Positions 13,054-24,642 of a stretch of DNA of 64,000 bases are shown here, one piece after another. Location: positions 193,564,001-193,628,000 of the forward strand of contig OZ024743.1 of NCBI GenBank assembly GCA_964016885.1. Reading direction: 5' to 3'. Each line of letters begins with the position of its first letter. The first letter of the stretch is position 1. The notes under the pieces are model-generated. The model was not told the DNA's origin. It saw only the letters and a program-made list of their open reading frames with translations, and ran no database searches. Position numbers and translations under genes: made by a program. This DNA comes from Eledone cirrhosa. Its lineage: Eukaryota.

Positions 13054-15771
13054 ATATATTGGGAAATGATGATGGGATGGGTGGTGTAGGTATACTACTA
13101 GCTGACAAGTGGGTAGATAAAGTAATCTCAGTGTACAGGGTAAATGCAAGAATCATTAAACTCAGACTAGTCCTGAATAAAACAATTACCACAATAATAT
13201 CAGCTTACGCACCCCAATCGGGGTTGCCAGACGAACTTAAGGATAGGTTTTACGAGTCCCTAATGCACACTACTGCTCTAACAAACGACAATGATTTCCT
13301 AATCATCGCAGGAGATTTTAACGGACACGTAGGTAAACACTGTGGCGGCTTCAATAGAGTCCATGGAGGCCACGGGGTTGGCACAAGAAATGAAGAAGGA
13401 TTCAGACTTCTATAATTCTGCGACGCCAATGACATGTCGATATGTAACACAAACTTCAAAAAACCCGACAACCACCTGATCAGGGAGGCATTCTAGTCAG
13501 ATAGATTTTATCCTCATCAGAGGATGTGACAGATGGACGGTCGTAAACACAAAAGCCTACCCTAGTGAGGAATGTACCTCCCAACATAGCTTAGTTGTCA
13601 GCGACCTCACGGTCAGAACTAGACGAACCTGGAAACAGAGGCCAACCTGGAGAAGAAAAATCTGGAAGCTGAAAGACCCCTCAGCCAGTAACAGATTTAA
13701 AGATATTTTACTCAACGCCTACGACAGTAAAGAAGAACAGATAGAGACATTCAATGTAGAAGAGCACTGGGAGTTCCTAAAAAATAACTTACTAAGGCAA
13801 TCAAAGATATGAAGATGGGGAAGGTAACCGGTTCATCGGGTATAGCTGCCGAGATGCTGAAGGCATCTGGGTCTGTAGGTCACACTATAACCACACGTAT
13901 TGTTAACCAGGTAATACTAGAAGGTGTCATACCAAAAGATTGGTGCAGTAGCATCCTTGTCAACTGCTACAAAGGTAAAGGTGATGCGCTAGATAGAGGA
14001 AACTATAGAGGTATAAAGCTGATGGACCAGGTCATGAAAGTAACAGAAAGAGTTATAGCACAGTTGATTAGGGACCGGGTGAAACTAGATGAGATGCAAT
14101 TTGGGTTTGTACCAGGAAGCGGCACCACTGATGCCCTCTTCCTTGTGAGGCAGTTACAGGAAACGTACCTAGCTAAAAGTAAGCCACTCTACCTGGCATT
14201 CGTCGATCTCGAGAAAGCCTTTGACAGAGTTCCACGTGCTGTAATCTGGTGGGCTCTTAGAAAACTAGGAGTAGATGAATGGCTTGTGAAAGCTGTACAA
14301 GCCATGTATAGGGGAGCAGTCAGCAAAGTTAGGATTAGCAATGAGTATAGCGAGGAATTTAGCGTACAGGAATTTAGTATAGCGAGGAATTTAGTGTCCA
14401 CCAGGGCTCTGTTCTTAGCCCTCTCCCGTTCATCATAGTCCTGCAGGCAATAACGGAGGAGTTTAAGACCAGATGCCCATGGGAACTCCTGTATGCTGAT
14501 GACCTCGCACTTATAACTGAATCTATGGTAGAACTAGAGAAGAGATTCCAAACTTGGAAGCAGGGACTAGAAAGAAAGGGTCTCAAAGTCAACATGACAA
14601 AGACTAAGGTCCTTGTAAGTAGATGAGAAAACAGAACCCAGATCCCCTCAGGGAAACGGCCTTGCTCAGTATGTAGGAAAGGTGTAGGTAGGAACTCCAT
14701 TCTCTGCCCCAAATGCAAACAATGGGTACACAAGAGATGTAGCGGGATCTCAGGAAGCTTAATTAAGAATGTAGGCTTCACATGTAGCAGCTGTGCTGGG
14801 ACAGCAAGCAGCAAACAGCCACAGGAAACAAGTACCACCAATCTCTGGGAGGGCTCTGTAGAAACAGTAGACAGCTTCTGCTACCTAGGTGACCGAATTA
14901 GCAGCGGAGGTGGGTGTTCAGAAAGTACAATAACTAGGGTAAGAACGGGATGGAAGAAGTTCAGGGAACTACTGCCACTGCTAGCTGCAAACGGCTTCTC
15001 CTTCAAAATGAAAGGCAGACTGTATGATACGTGTATCCGAACAGCGATGTTACATGGTAGTGAGACCTGGGTGCTGAAGGTAGAAGACTTACGTAGATTA
15101 GAAAGAAACAAAGCCTGCATGCTCCGATGGATGTGTAATAGTAATATACGCGAACGAGAAAGCATAAATGAATTGAGAGAGAGACTAAGCATAAGAGGAA
15201 TCAAATGCTGTGTGCAGAAGGGGCGGTTGCGTTGTAATGGAGATGTGATGTGTATGAAGGATGACAGCTGCATAAAAAGGTGCAGAGCACTAGAAATCGA
15301 TGGAAACCGTGGAGTGGGGAGACCCAAGAAGACCTGGGATGAGGTGATAAAAGCCAACCTCACCCAATTAAACCTCTTAAAGGCGATGACACACGACCGT
15401 GACCTCTGGTGTCACGCAGTAATACAGAGTACCTGACCTCCCATGGGTACAAGCTGAAGCATATAGACAATATGCCCCCACACCCTCCCACTGCAAGGTG
15501 GTCGTGGAGGTGCCACGGCAAAAAAAGCACCCAGCCCACACTGTAAAGTGGACATGTAGGCGCCACGGAAAAAGCACCCAGCACTCACTATAAATGAGGT
15601 TGGTGTTATGAAGGGCATCCAGCTGTAGAAATCAAGCCAAAACCAGTTCCTGTATGAGCAAGGCATGGTCAGCCGACCAGACACTGCCCACAACAGGACA
15701 ACCCATCTAATCCATGCTAGCATGGAAGAACGGACGTAAAACGGTGATGATGATGATGATGATGATGATGA
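13054..15771 (+). mobile_element. RTE LINE, subfamily B, 5'-truncated, internal deletion near 13795
   Basis: Endonuclease (GGVGILL, ISAYAPQ, IAGDFNGHVG), RT (ORF 13809-14438), C-terminal ORF 15008-15436, 3'UTR and (GAT)n; highly similar to 6872-9176. Confidence 0.95.
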
Positions 15772-16039
15772 TATGTGGTATCAAAGTAGGTATAGGGGGT
15801 GGGGGTAGGGATTCTGGATGCCATTTTAATGAAGGTTAGCCAAAGAGTTAGGCTTACAATTAAAGTCAGAATAAGCTCTCTTGTTTTATATAAAACATAG
15901 ACCTATGAAAGAAATCAACCTAATTCTTAATAAATATAATGTTATGATCAAAGATAATGATAAACTGGGCTCAAAATATTTAGAAAAGTAAAAGTAAACG
16001 GCCTAATAAAAAGTAGTGACATCAGCAATAACAACAATA

Positions 16040-16262
16040 ATGATAATGGTTTCTGATATAGGCACAAGGCACAATTTGTGGGTAAAGGACAGTCGATTAT
16101 ATTGACACCAGTATTTGACTGGTACTTTATTTTATTGACACCAGAAAGATGAAAGGCAAAGTTGAACTTAGTGTGATGGGAACCCATAACGTAAAGTACT
16201 GGAATAAACACTACTAAGTATCTGTCCAATGTTCTAACGACTCTGCTAATCCACCACCCTAA
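16040..16262 (-). mobile_element. SINE S2, diverged long variant
   Basis: GGCACAAGG...ACTGGTACTTTATTTTATTGAC...GATGAAAGGCAAAGTTGA. Confidence 0.75.
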
Positions 16263-16279
16263 TAATAATAACAATAATA

Positions 16280-16480
16280 ATCATCATCATCGTTTAACAT
16301 CCATTTTCCATGCTAGCATGCGTTAGACGAGTTGTTCTGTTGTGAGACAGCCAGGTTGGAGGACTGTGTTTTGTTTACACAGAACTGATTTTGGTTTGGC
16401 TTTTACAGTGTGGACTGGGTGCTTTTTGTTGTGACACCTACATGACCACTTTACAGTGTGGACTGAGCGCTTATAGTCAT
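16280..16480 (-). mobile_element. Old RTE 3'UTR / SINE tail relic
   Basis: CATCATCATCGTTTAACATCCATTTTCCATGCTAGCATG plus about 45-bp ACAGTGTGGACTG repeats. Confidence 0.7.
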
Positions 16481-16495
16481 GTATGTCTCCAGGAT

Positions 16496-16675
16496 GATAA
16501 TAATTGTTTCTACTCTTGGCAAAAGGCCAGCAATTATCCCAGGGTATTACTGGTACTTTATTTTATCGACCCCATAAGGATGAAAGGCAAAGTTAACCTC
16601 GGCGGGATTTGAACTCAGATAATAAAGGGCCGTAACTCTTTGCTGCAAAGCATGGTGTCCGACTCTCTACCAATA
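16496..16675 (-). mobile_element. SINE S2
   Basis: Match to the S2 consensus. Confidence 0.85.
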
Positions 16676-17059
16676 GAGGTAGACTTTTTGTTATATTCGA
16701 TAAAAGTTAGACACACCTCATTGAAGATTTAGTATGTATGAAATGTTTATTTGTAAGACTAGGCTATATGATTATACACTATGATGTATTCAGACTATTA
16801 ACCTAATCTCATGCTGAAGATAGAAACATAAAAGATGAAATTAAGAGTTCGATGAATGTATAATATTATATGAAGAAGAGCTTAGGTGTAAAATGTAAAC
16901 ATATTAACTCCTTTATATGTTACCTCTTATCTAAATATTTTCAAGTTTTCATGCAATGGATTAATTCAGATATATTTTTCAAAGAATTGCACTGAAGGCA
17001 TAATTAATTTTACTTATTTTCAATACATAAAAGATAAATCTGATTTTGGTATTACTGTA

Positions 17060-17248
17060 TATAATAGTTTCTCCGTTAGGCACAAGGCCAGCAATTACCC
17101 AGTGTATTACTGGTACTTTATTTTATCAACCCTGTAAGGATGAAAGGCAAAGTTAACCTTGGCGGGATTTGAACTCAGAATGGCAAGGGCCGTAACTCTA
17201 TGCATCAAAGCATGGTGTCCGACCCTCTACCAATACTGCCAATCCACA
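17060..17248 (-). mobile_element. SINE S2
   Basis: Match to the S2 consensus, including the tRNA-like head. Confidence 0.85.
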
Positions 17249-17339
17249 ATACAAGTGAATAATAGATTGGAATGTTGAGTAACAATGGAAAGTAAGCCTG
17301 AAACAGAGTGAGCTGAAATAATAAGGAACGAATTGAAGA

Positions 17340-20300
17340 AGACAGATAGATGTCATTAGGAGAGAGAAAACAGATGTGATGAAGAGGGAGGAAACAGATG
17401 TGATGAAGAGAGAGAAATCAGATGTGGTGATGAGAAAGAAAATAGAAGTAATGAGGTGAGAGGACACAGATGTGATGAGAGGACAGACAGAAAATAGATG
17501 TGAAGAGAGGACAGACAGCAAACAGATGTGATGAGAGGACAGACAGAAAACAGATGTGATGAGAGGACAGACAAAAAACAGATGTGATGAGAGGACAGAC
17601 AAAAAACAGATGTGATGAGAGGACAGACAGAAAATAGATGTGAAGAGAGGACAGACAGCAAACAGATGTGATGAGAGGACAGACAGAAAACAGATGTGAT
17701 GAGAGGACAGACAAATAACAGATGTGATGAGAGGACAGACAAAAACAAATGTGATGAGAGGACAGACAGAAAACAGATGTGATGAGAGGACAGACAGAAA
17801 ACAGATGTGATGAGAGGACAGACAAAAACAGATGTGATGAGAGGACAGACAAAAAACAGATGTGATCAGAGGACAGACAGAAAACAGATGTGATGAGAGG
17901 ACAGACAGAAAATAGATGTGAAGAGAGGACAGACAGCAAACAGATATGATGAGAGGACAGACAGAAAACAGATGTGATGAGAGGACAGACAAATAACAGA
18001 TGTGATGAGAGGACAGACAAAAACAAATGTGATGAGAGGACAGACAGAAAACAGATGTGATGAGAGGACAGACAGAAAACAGATGTGATGAGAGGACAGA
18101 CAAAAACAGATGTGATGAGAGGACAGACAAAAAACAGATGTGATCAGAGGACAGACAGAAAACAGATGTGATGAGAGGACAGACAGAAAATAGATGTGAA
18201 GAGAGGACAGAAAAAAAACAGATGTGATGAGAGGACAGACAGAAAACAGATGTGATGAGAGGACAGACAGAAAATAGATGTGAAGAGAGGACAGATAGCA
18301 AACAGATGTGATGAGAGGACAGACAGAAAACAGATGTGATGAGAGGACAGACTAAAAACATATGTGATGAGAGGACAGACAAAAAACAGATGTGATGAGA
18401 GGATAGACAAAAAACAGATGTGATGAGAGGACAGACAGAAAATAGATGTGAAGAGAGGACAGGCAGCAAACAGATGTGATGAGAGGACAGACAGAAAACA
18501 GATGTGATGAGAGGACAGACAAATAACAGATGTGATGAGAGGACAGACAAAAACAAATGTGATGAAAGGACAGGCAGAAAACAGATGTGATGAGAGGACA
18601 GACAGAAAACAGATGTGATGAGAGGACAGACAAAAACAGATGTGATGAGAGGACAGACAAAAAACAGATGTGATGAGAGGACAGACAGAAAACAGATGTG
18701 ATGAGAGGACAGACAGAAAATAGATGTGAAGAGAGGTCAGAAAAAAACAGATGTGATGAGAGGACAGACAAAAAACAGATGTGATGAGAAGACAGACAGA
18801 AAACAGATGTGATGAGAGGACAGGCAAAAAACATGTGATGAGAGGACAGACAGAAAACAGATGTGATGAGAGGACAGACAAAAAACAGATGTGATGAGAG
18901 GACAGACAAAAAACAGATGTGATGAGAGGACAGGCAAAAAACATGTGATGAGAGGACAGACATAAAACAGATGTGATGAGAGGACAGACAAAAAACAGAT
19001 GTGATGAGAGGACAGACAGAAACAGATGTGATGAGAGGACAGCCAAAAACAGATGTGATGAGAGGACAGACTGAAAATAGATGTGAAGAGAGGACAGACA
19101 AAAAACAGATGTGATGAGAGGACAGACAAAAAACAGATGTGATGAGAGGACAGACAAAAACAGATGTGATGAGAGGACAGACAGAAAACAGATGTGATGA
19201 GAGGACAGACAAATAACAGATGTGATGAGAGGACAGACAAAAACAAATGTGATGAGAGGACAGACAGAAAACAGATGTGATGAGAGGACAGACAGAAAAC
19301 AGATGTGATGAGAGGACAGACAAAAACAGATGTGATGAGAGGACAGACGAAAAACAGATGTGATCAGAGGACAGACAGAAAACAGATGTGATGAGAGGAC
19401 AGACAGAAAATAGATGTGAAGAGAGGACAGAAAAAAAACAGATGTGATGAGAGGACAGACAAAAAACAGATGTGATGAGAAGACAGACAGAAAACAGATG
19501 TGATGAGAGGACAGGCAAAAAACATGTGATGAGAGGACAGACAGAAAACAGATGTGATGAGAGGACAGACAGAAAATAGATGTGAAGAGAGGACAGACAG
19601 CAAACAGATGTGATGAGAGGACAGACAGAAAACAGATGTGATGAGAGGACAGACAAAAAACAGATGTGATGAGAGGACAGACAAAAAACAGATGTGATGA
19701 GAGGACAGACAGAAAATAGATGTGAAGAGAGGACAGACAGCAAACAGATGTGATGAGAGGACAGACAGCAAACAGATGTGATGAGAGGACAGACAGAAAA
19801 CAGATGTGATGAGAGGACAGACAAATAACAGATGTGATGAGAGGACAGACAAAAACAAATGTGATGAGAGGACAGACAGAAATCAGATGTGATGAGAGGA
19901 CAGACAGAAAACAGATGTGATGAGAGGACAGACAAAAACAGATGTGATGAGAGGACAGACAAAAAACAGATGTGATCAGAGGACAGACAGAAAACAGATG
20001 TGATGAGAGGACAGACAGAAAATAGATGTGAAGAGAGGACAGAAAAAAACAGATGTGATGAGAGGACAGACAAAAAACAGATGTGATGAGAAGACAGACA
20101 GAAAACAGATGTGATGAGAGGACAGGCAAAAAACATGTGATGAGAGGACAGACAGAAAACAGATGTGATGAGAGGACAGACAAAAAACAGATGTGATGAG
20201 AGGACAGACAAAAAACAGATGTGATGAGAGGACAGGCAAAAAACATGTGATGAGAGGACAGACAGAAAACAGATGTGATGAGAGGACAAACAAAAAACAG

Positions 20301-21548
20301 ATGTGATGAGAGGACAGACAGAAAACAGATGTTATGAGAGGACAGACAGAAAATAGATGTGAAGAGAGGACAGACAGAAAACAGATGTGATGAGAGGACA
20401 GACAGAAACATATGTGATGAGAGGACAGCCAAAAACAGATGTGATGAGAGGACAGACAAAAACAGATGTGATGAGAGGACAGACAGAAAACAGATGTGAT
20501 GAGAGGACAGACAGAAAACAAATGTGATGAGAGGACAGACAAAAAACAGATGTGATGAGAGGACAGACAAAAAACACATGTGATCAGAGGACAGACAGAA
20601 AACAGATGTGATGAGAGGACAGACAGAAAATAGATGTGAAGAGAGGACAGACAAAAAACAGATGTGATGAGAGGACAGACAAAAAACAGATGTGATGAGA
20701 GGACAGACAAAAACAGATGTGATGAGAGGACAGACAGAAAACAGATGTGATGAGAGGACAGACAGAAAACAGATGTGATGAGAGGACAGACAAAAAAAAG
20801 ATGTGATGAGAGGACAGACAAAAAACAGATGTGATGAGAGGACAGACAGAAAACAGATGTGATGAGAGGACAGACAAAAAACAGATGTGATGAGAGGACA
20901 GACAAAAAATACATGTGATCAGAGGACAGACAGAAAACAGATGTGATGAGAGGACAGACAGAAAATAGATGTGAAGAGAGGACAGACAAAAAACAGATGT
21001 GATGAGAGGACAGACAAAAAACAGATGTGATGAGAGGACAGACAAAAACAGATGTGATGAGAGGACAGACAGAAAACAGATGTGATGAGAGGACAGACAG
21101 AAAACAGATGTGATGAGAGGACAGACAAAAAACAGATGTGATGAGAGGACAGACAAAAAACAGATGTGATGAGAGGACAGACAGAAAACAGATGTGATGA
21201 GAGGACAGACAGAAAATAGATGTGAAGAGAGGACAGACAAAAAACAGATGTGATGAGAGGACAGACAGAAAACAGATGTGATGAGAGGACAGACAGAAAA
21301 CAGATGTGATGAGAGGACAGACAGAAAACAGATGTGATGAGAGGACAAGCAGAAAATAGATGTGAGAGAGACAGACAGAAAACAGATGTGATGAGAGGAC
21401 AGACAAAAAACAGATGTGATGAGAGGACAGACGAAAAACAGATGTGATGAGAGGACAGACAGAAAACAGTTGTGATGAGAGGATAGACAGAAAACAGTTG
21501 TGATGAGAGGATAGACAGAAAACAGATGTGATGAGAAGACAGACAAAA
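17340..21548. repeat. Tandem satellite, 28-bp unit GACAGACAGAAAACAGATGTGATGAGAG, roughly 150 copies, with higher-order structure
   Basis: Unit is directly visible; ORFs show 28-aa (3-unit) periodicity; variant monomers recur at 278-bp and about 610-bp spacing. Confidence 0.97.
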
Positions 21549-21575
21549 ATGAAGAGTTGTTAGAACATTACTTAC

Positions 21576-21771
21576 CAGAATCAGAAACAGTAAAGGTCCC
21601 ATCATTTCCTGAGTTGATAGATAGCTGAAAAGATCCAGTAGTGTCTGGATCTTTAACAACAAGAGTAAGGACATCAAAGTCAATAGGAAAGTTCTCTATT
21701 AGCTCCAGGGCATACACACTGTGGTTAAAATGAGGTGGATTATCATTGACATCCAACAACTCAATTGTTAC
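21576..21771 (-). CDS. Internal exon of a cadherin-superfamily gene (end of one EC repeat, start of the next)
   Basis: Translates VTIELLDVNDNPPHFNHSVYALELIENFPIDFDVLTLVVKDPDTTGSFQLSINSGNDGTFTVSDS(G): DxNDNxPxF, xEN and DxD calcium-binding motifs; acceptor TTTTTTTCTTTCAG|GTA, donor TCTG|GTAAGT; 196 nt, phase 0 to phase 1. Confidence 0.9.
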
Positions 21772-22099
21772 CTGAAAGAAAAAAACAAAACAAAATGGGT
21801 TAATGATAATTCTTTCTAACCAATTTATATATAAATTAAACATAATTTTATGGAATATTTGTTACATTATGTATTAAATACCAGCTTAATAATATGGTTA
21901 GTTATTTTACTAAATCTTTCAAATTGTTAAATAGTTACAACATTGATTGAAAAACAAAAGTGGTGTATTTCATTAGAAATATGGCAATAAAAAGGATAAG
22001 CAGCTGAGATTTCTAGAAACACTGGTACCTGTAATTTAATTAGGAAGACTCCATGGGACACTGTGATGAGTCTATCTCTATGAATTATAGGAACAGATC

Positions 22100-22400
22100 A
22101 TCCAATAGGTTTCTAAACAGTTTTTATATCACCAATTCTACTTACAAATTTGGTTGATCTGAGGCTATGGTAGAATAAACTTGCCCAAGAGGCCACACTA
22201 GGATTGAAACTAAGACCATATAATAGTGAATTGAACTTCACCTGTGCCTCTTCATACATAATACTCACTCATACACATAAGCTTGTGAGGTTAAAATGTT
22301 CACTTTGCAAACATGTGCTTCTTCATGCATGACACCTTGGGCAAGTATTTTAGATTAATCTTGTAAGAGTAATTAAGCAAACAGAAACTGTGCAGAAAAA
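22100..22400. mobile_element. Two decayed SINE S3 copies in opposite orientations
   Basis: GAGGCTATGGTAGAA...ACTTGCCCAAG and ACACCTTGGGCAAGT...GAAACTGTGCAGAA; similar to 32410, 33375, 55190. Confidence 0.6.
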
Positions 22401-22566
22401 TGTCAAATGTGTATGTCTGTGTGTGAGTGTGTGAGTGTGTGAGTGTGCATGAGTGTGTTCATGTGTGTGTGTGTTGTATCATATATGAATATTTTTAGTA
22501 TTGAAATTTTCTAACATCACTGAAATGTTCCCCACACCCCACAGTTTCAAAGCATTCTATTTATAT

Positions 22567-22798
22567 TTAACTCTTTTGATACTAGTCCACCAGAAACCAA
22601 CTCTGGTTCTATGAAACAAAACCATGCATTTTAAAGGGTTCCTATTTATATTTAAATCTTCTAACATAATTTTAACTAAAAGCCATATGTTAAATTATTA
22701 TCTTAGTAATAAAATAATTAGTAATTTTAGTAAATCCTTCAAAATTCTTTATGAATTAATTGAAATAGAATAAGAAATATGGTCATGAAAGGGTTAAA
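22567..22798 (+). mobile_element. TTAA-flanked MITE (piggyBac-like), family M2
   Basis: TTAACTCTTTTGATAC...CATGAAAGGGTTAA ends; relatives at 44255-44566, 44570-44803, 61572-61750, 21840-22000. Confidence 0.6.
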
Positions 22799-23279
22799 TT
22801 ATTGTTGTTGTTTCATTTTTGGTCAGATGTGACTCAAATGGGTCTATAATCAAAAGATTATTCTGTTCTTTATAAATCTAGGACAACATATCTCAATGTG
22901 TTCTCACTGTTAGGCAGTAGGGTACAATTTGAAGGAAGGAATTTGGTTGATATTTCTAGCAGATCAAGCAACCACATAGAAGCTCCCTTGTGGGCTTGAT
23001 TCATATTTAAGTACAAGTAATATATAATTACATCAATTAGTAATTTGGGGACCTGTTGAAGCACACATTACTCGAGATGACAAAAATAGTTATAGTCAAT
23101 AAGTATTTCTTAAGAAGAGCTTCAGTCACAGGAAGTGAGTAAATTGTTAGTTTTGCTACTGAAATATCTTAGCCAGTTCAACTCGTACATAACAAGCGTA
23201 AGATATGGAGGTAACTTATATATAATCTTTAGTACCAACTCAATGATATAGCACTCTAAATAAGCAGATATATAAAATA

Positions 23280-23520
23280 GTCAAGACAGCAAATTGACAC
23301 AGATGTTAGAATGACGGATAGTATTCAGTCCTGCTCTTTGCTTTCTCTGAGTTAAAATCCTGCCGAGGTTGATAAAAAAGTACCAATCTAATGCTGGGGT
23401 CAATTCTTTCTCCATATATCTCTCACTTCCTCTCTCTCACTCTCTCATATATACATACATTCTCTTTTCTGGAAGAAATCATGTATATTTGACCTGAAGA
23501 ATGGAAGGGCTCCACCAGGT
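23280..23520 (+). mobile_element. Old S2-related SINE with CT-rich segment and alternative tail
   Basis: GAGTTAAAATCCTGCCGAGGTTGA...AGTACCA...CTGGGGTCAATTC followed by a CT tract; parallels 45940-46220 and 46680-46947. Confidence 0.6.
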
Positions 23521-23736
23521 TTGACCCTTTAACATTTAAACCTGCCATATCCAGCCAGAATTCTTTCACCTCTTTCTGTTCAAACCAGCCATAACTGGCC
23601 ACTCATACTGACGTTAAGTTATTGTTGTAAAAATAAATAATATTAAAATCTCATAGATTCGATATTATGTGAGGTAAAGCCTTTACTGTGAAAATATAAT
23701 AGTAAATATAGAGTAATGTAAATGATAAAGGGTTAA
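23521..23736 (+). mobile_element. TTAA-flanked MITE (piggyBac-like), family M1
   Basis: TIRs CCCTTTA(A/G)CATTTA / TAAATG(A/C)TAAAGGG with TTAA/TTGA flanks; copies at 46948 and 53972. Confidence 0.8.
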
Positions 23737-24482
23737 AATGCACAACAGTACCCCTACAACTCCTTCCATATATACATAGATAGTGAACCTATTGAATTTG
23801 AACTAGTTCTCAAACTTTTTTGAATTTGTGACTGACACAGTTAGACCAAAGAAAAATACTTTGATGTACTTTGTATATAATTGAAAAAAAGGAAATGTAT
23901 TAACAAAAGGTATTTATATGTTTATATGTGTTAGTAATTCTTTATATCAAAGTTGCACTGAAGCTACCTATATAGCAATTGAACAAAATAAGAGTAGAGT
24001 GTAGATTCTCCATTTTATTTAAAATCAATAAATTGATCAAGTCCCTGTAACTGATGATGCTAGTCTTTGAGGTGCCCCAAGTGAGACCAACAAATACATG
24101 GATGTTATCCAACCATCTTGCTTAGGGTCTATACCTGGGTCTCAAGCCAGTTGGTTTTGTAAAATCTGTCCAGCGATTCTTTCCTGAGACATGCTAACCA
24201 TATGGCCATAGTATCAGAGCTGTGATCTCTTAACTCAGTGGAGTGACATGAATAAATATCACCACCTGTAGTGGAAATATCCAATAGAGTGATGTGAAGC
24301 AAAGAAACAAACACATTCACACAAATATACATACACTGTGTGTGTGTGTATGGTGGGTTTCATACAAACATCTCACACAAGATATAGCTCAGCTCCTCAC
24401 TATAGTAAAAGACTTTGTGGCTGCAAAGCAAACTTTTTAATTACATCGACATATTTGCACCTATATATATATATATATATAT

Positions 24483-24622
24483 ATAACAAAAGAAATGTGG
24501 TAAGGAACCAGGTGGACCATAACGCACCAAAGTACTCAATACTTAGGGTAGTAGAGTGGGTAATAGGAACCAGTAAGACCCCAACGGCTGAGCTCAGCCG
24601 TCAGGGTCTTACTGGTTCCTAT
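24483..24622 (+). repeat. (TA)n-embedded element ending in a 58-bp palindrome (family P)
   Basis: First 80 bp match the reverse complement of 62757-62840; palindrome at 24564-24621. Confidence 0.8.
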
Positions 24623-24642
24623 ATATATATATATATATATAT

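Noticed and set aside
17340-21548. Possible CRISPR array (28-bp periodicity)
   Set aside because: Units are contiguous with no unique spacers, there are no cas genes, and the context is eukaryotic
17198-21683. Long minus-strand ORFs (up to 836 aa) with LSVLSSHLFSVCPLITSVFC repeats
   Set aside because: The 28-bp unit has no stop codon in any minus-strand frame, so ORFs arise automatically; frequent indels switch frames; read-through from the exon hits a stop immediately (SGK*)
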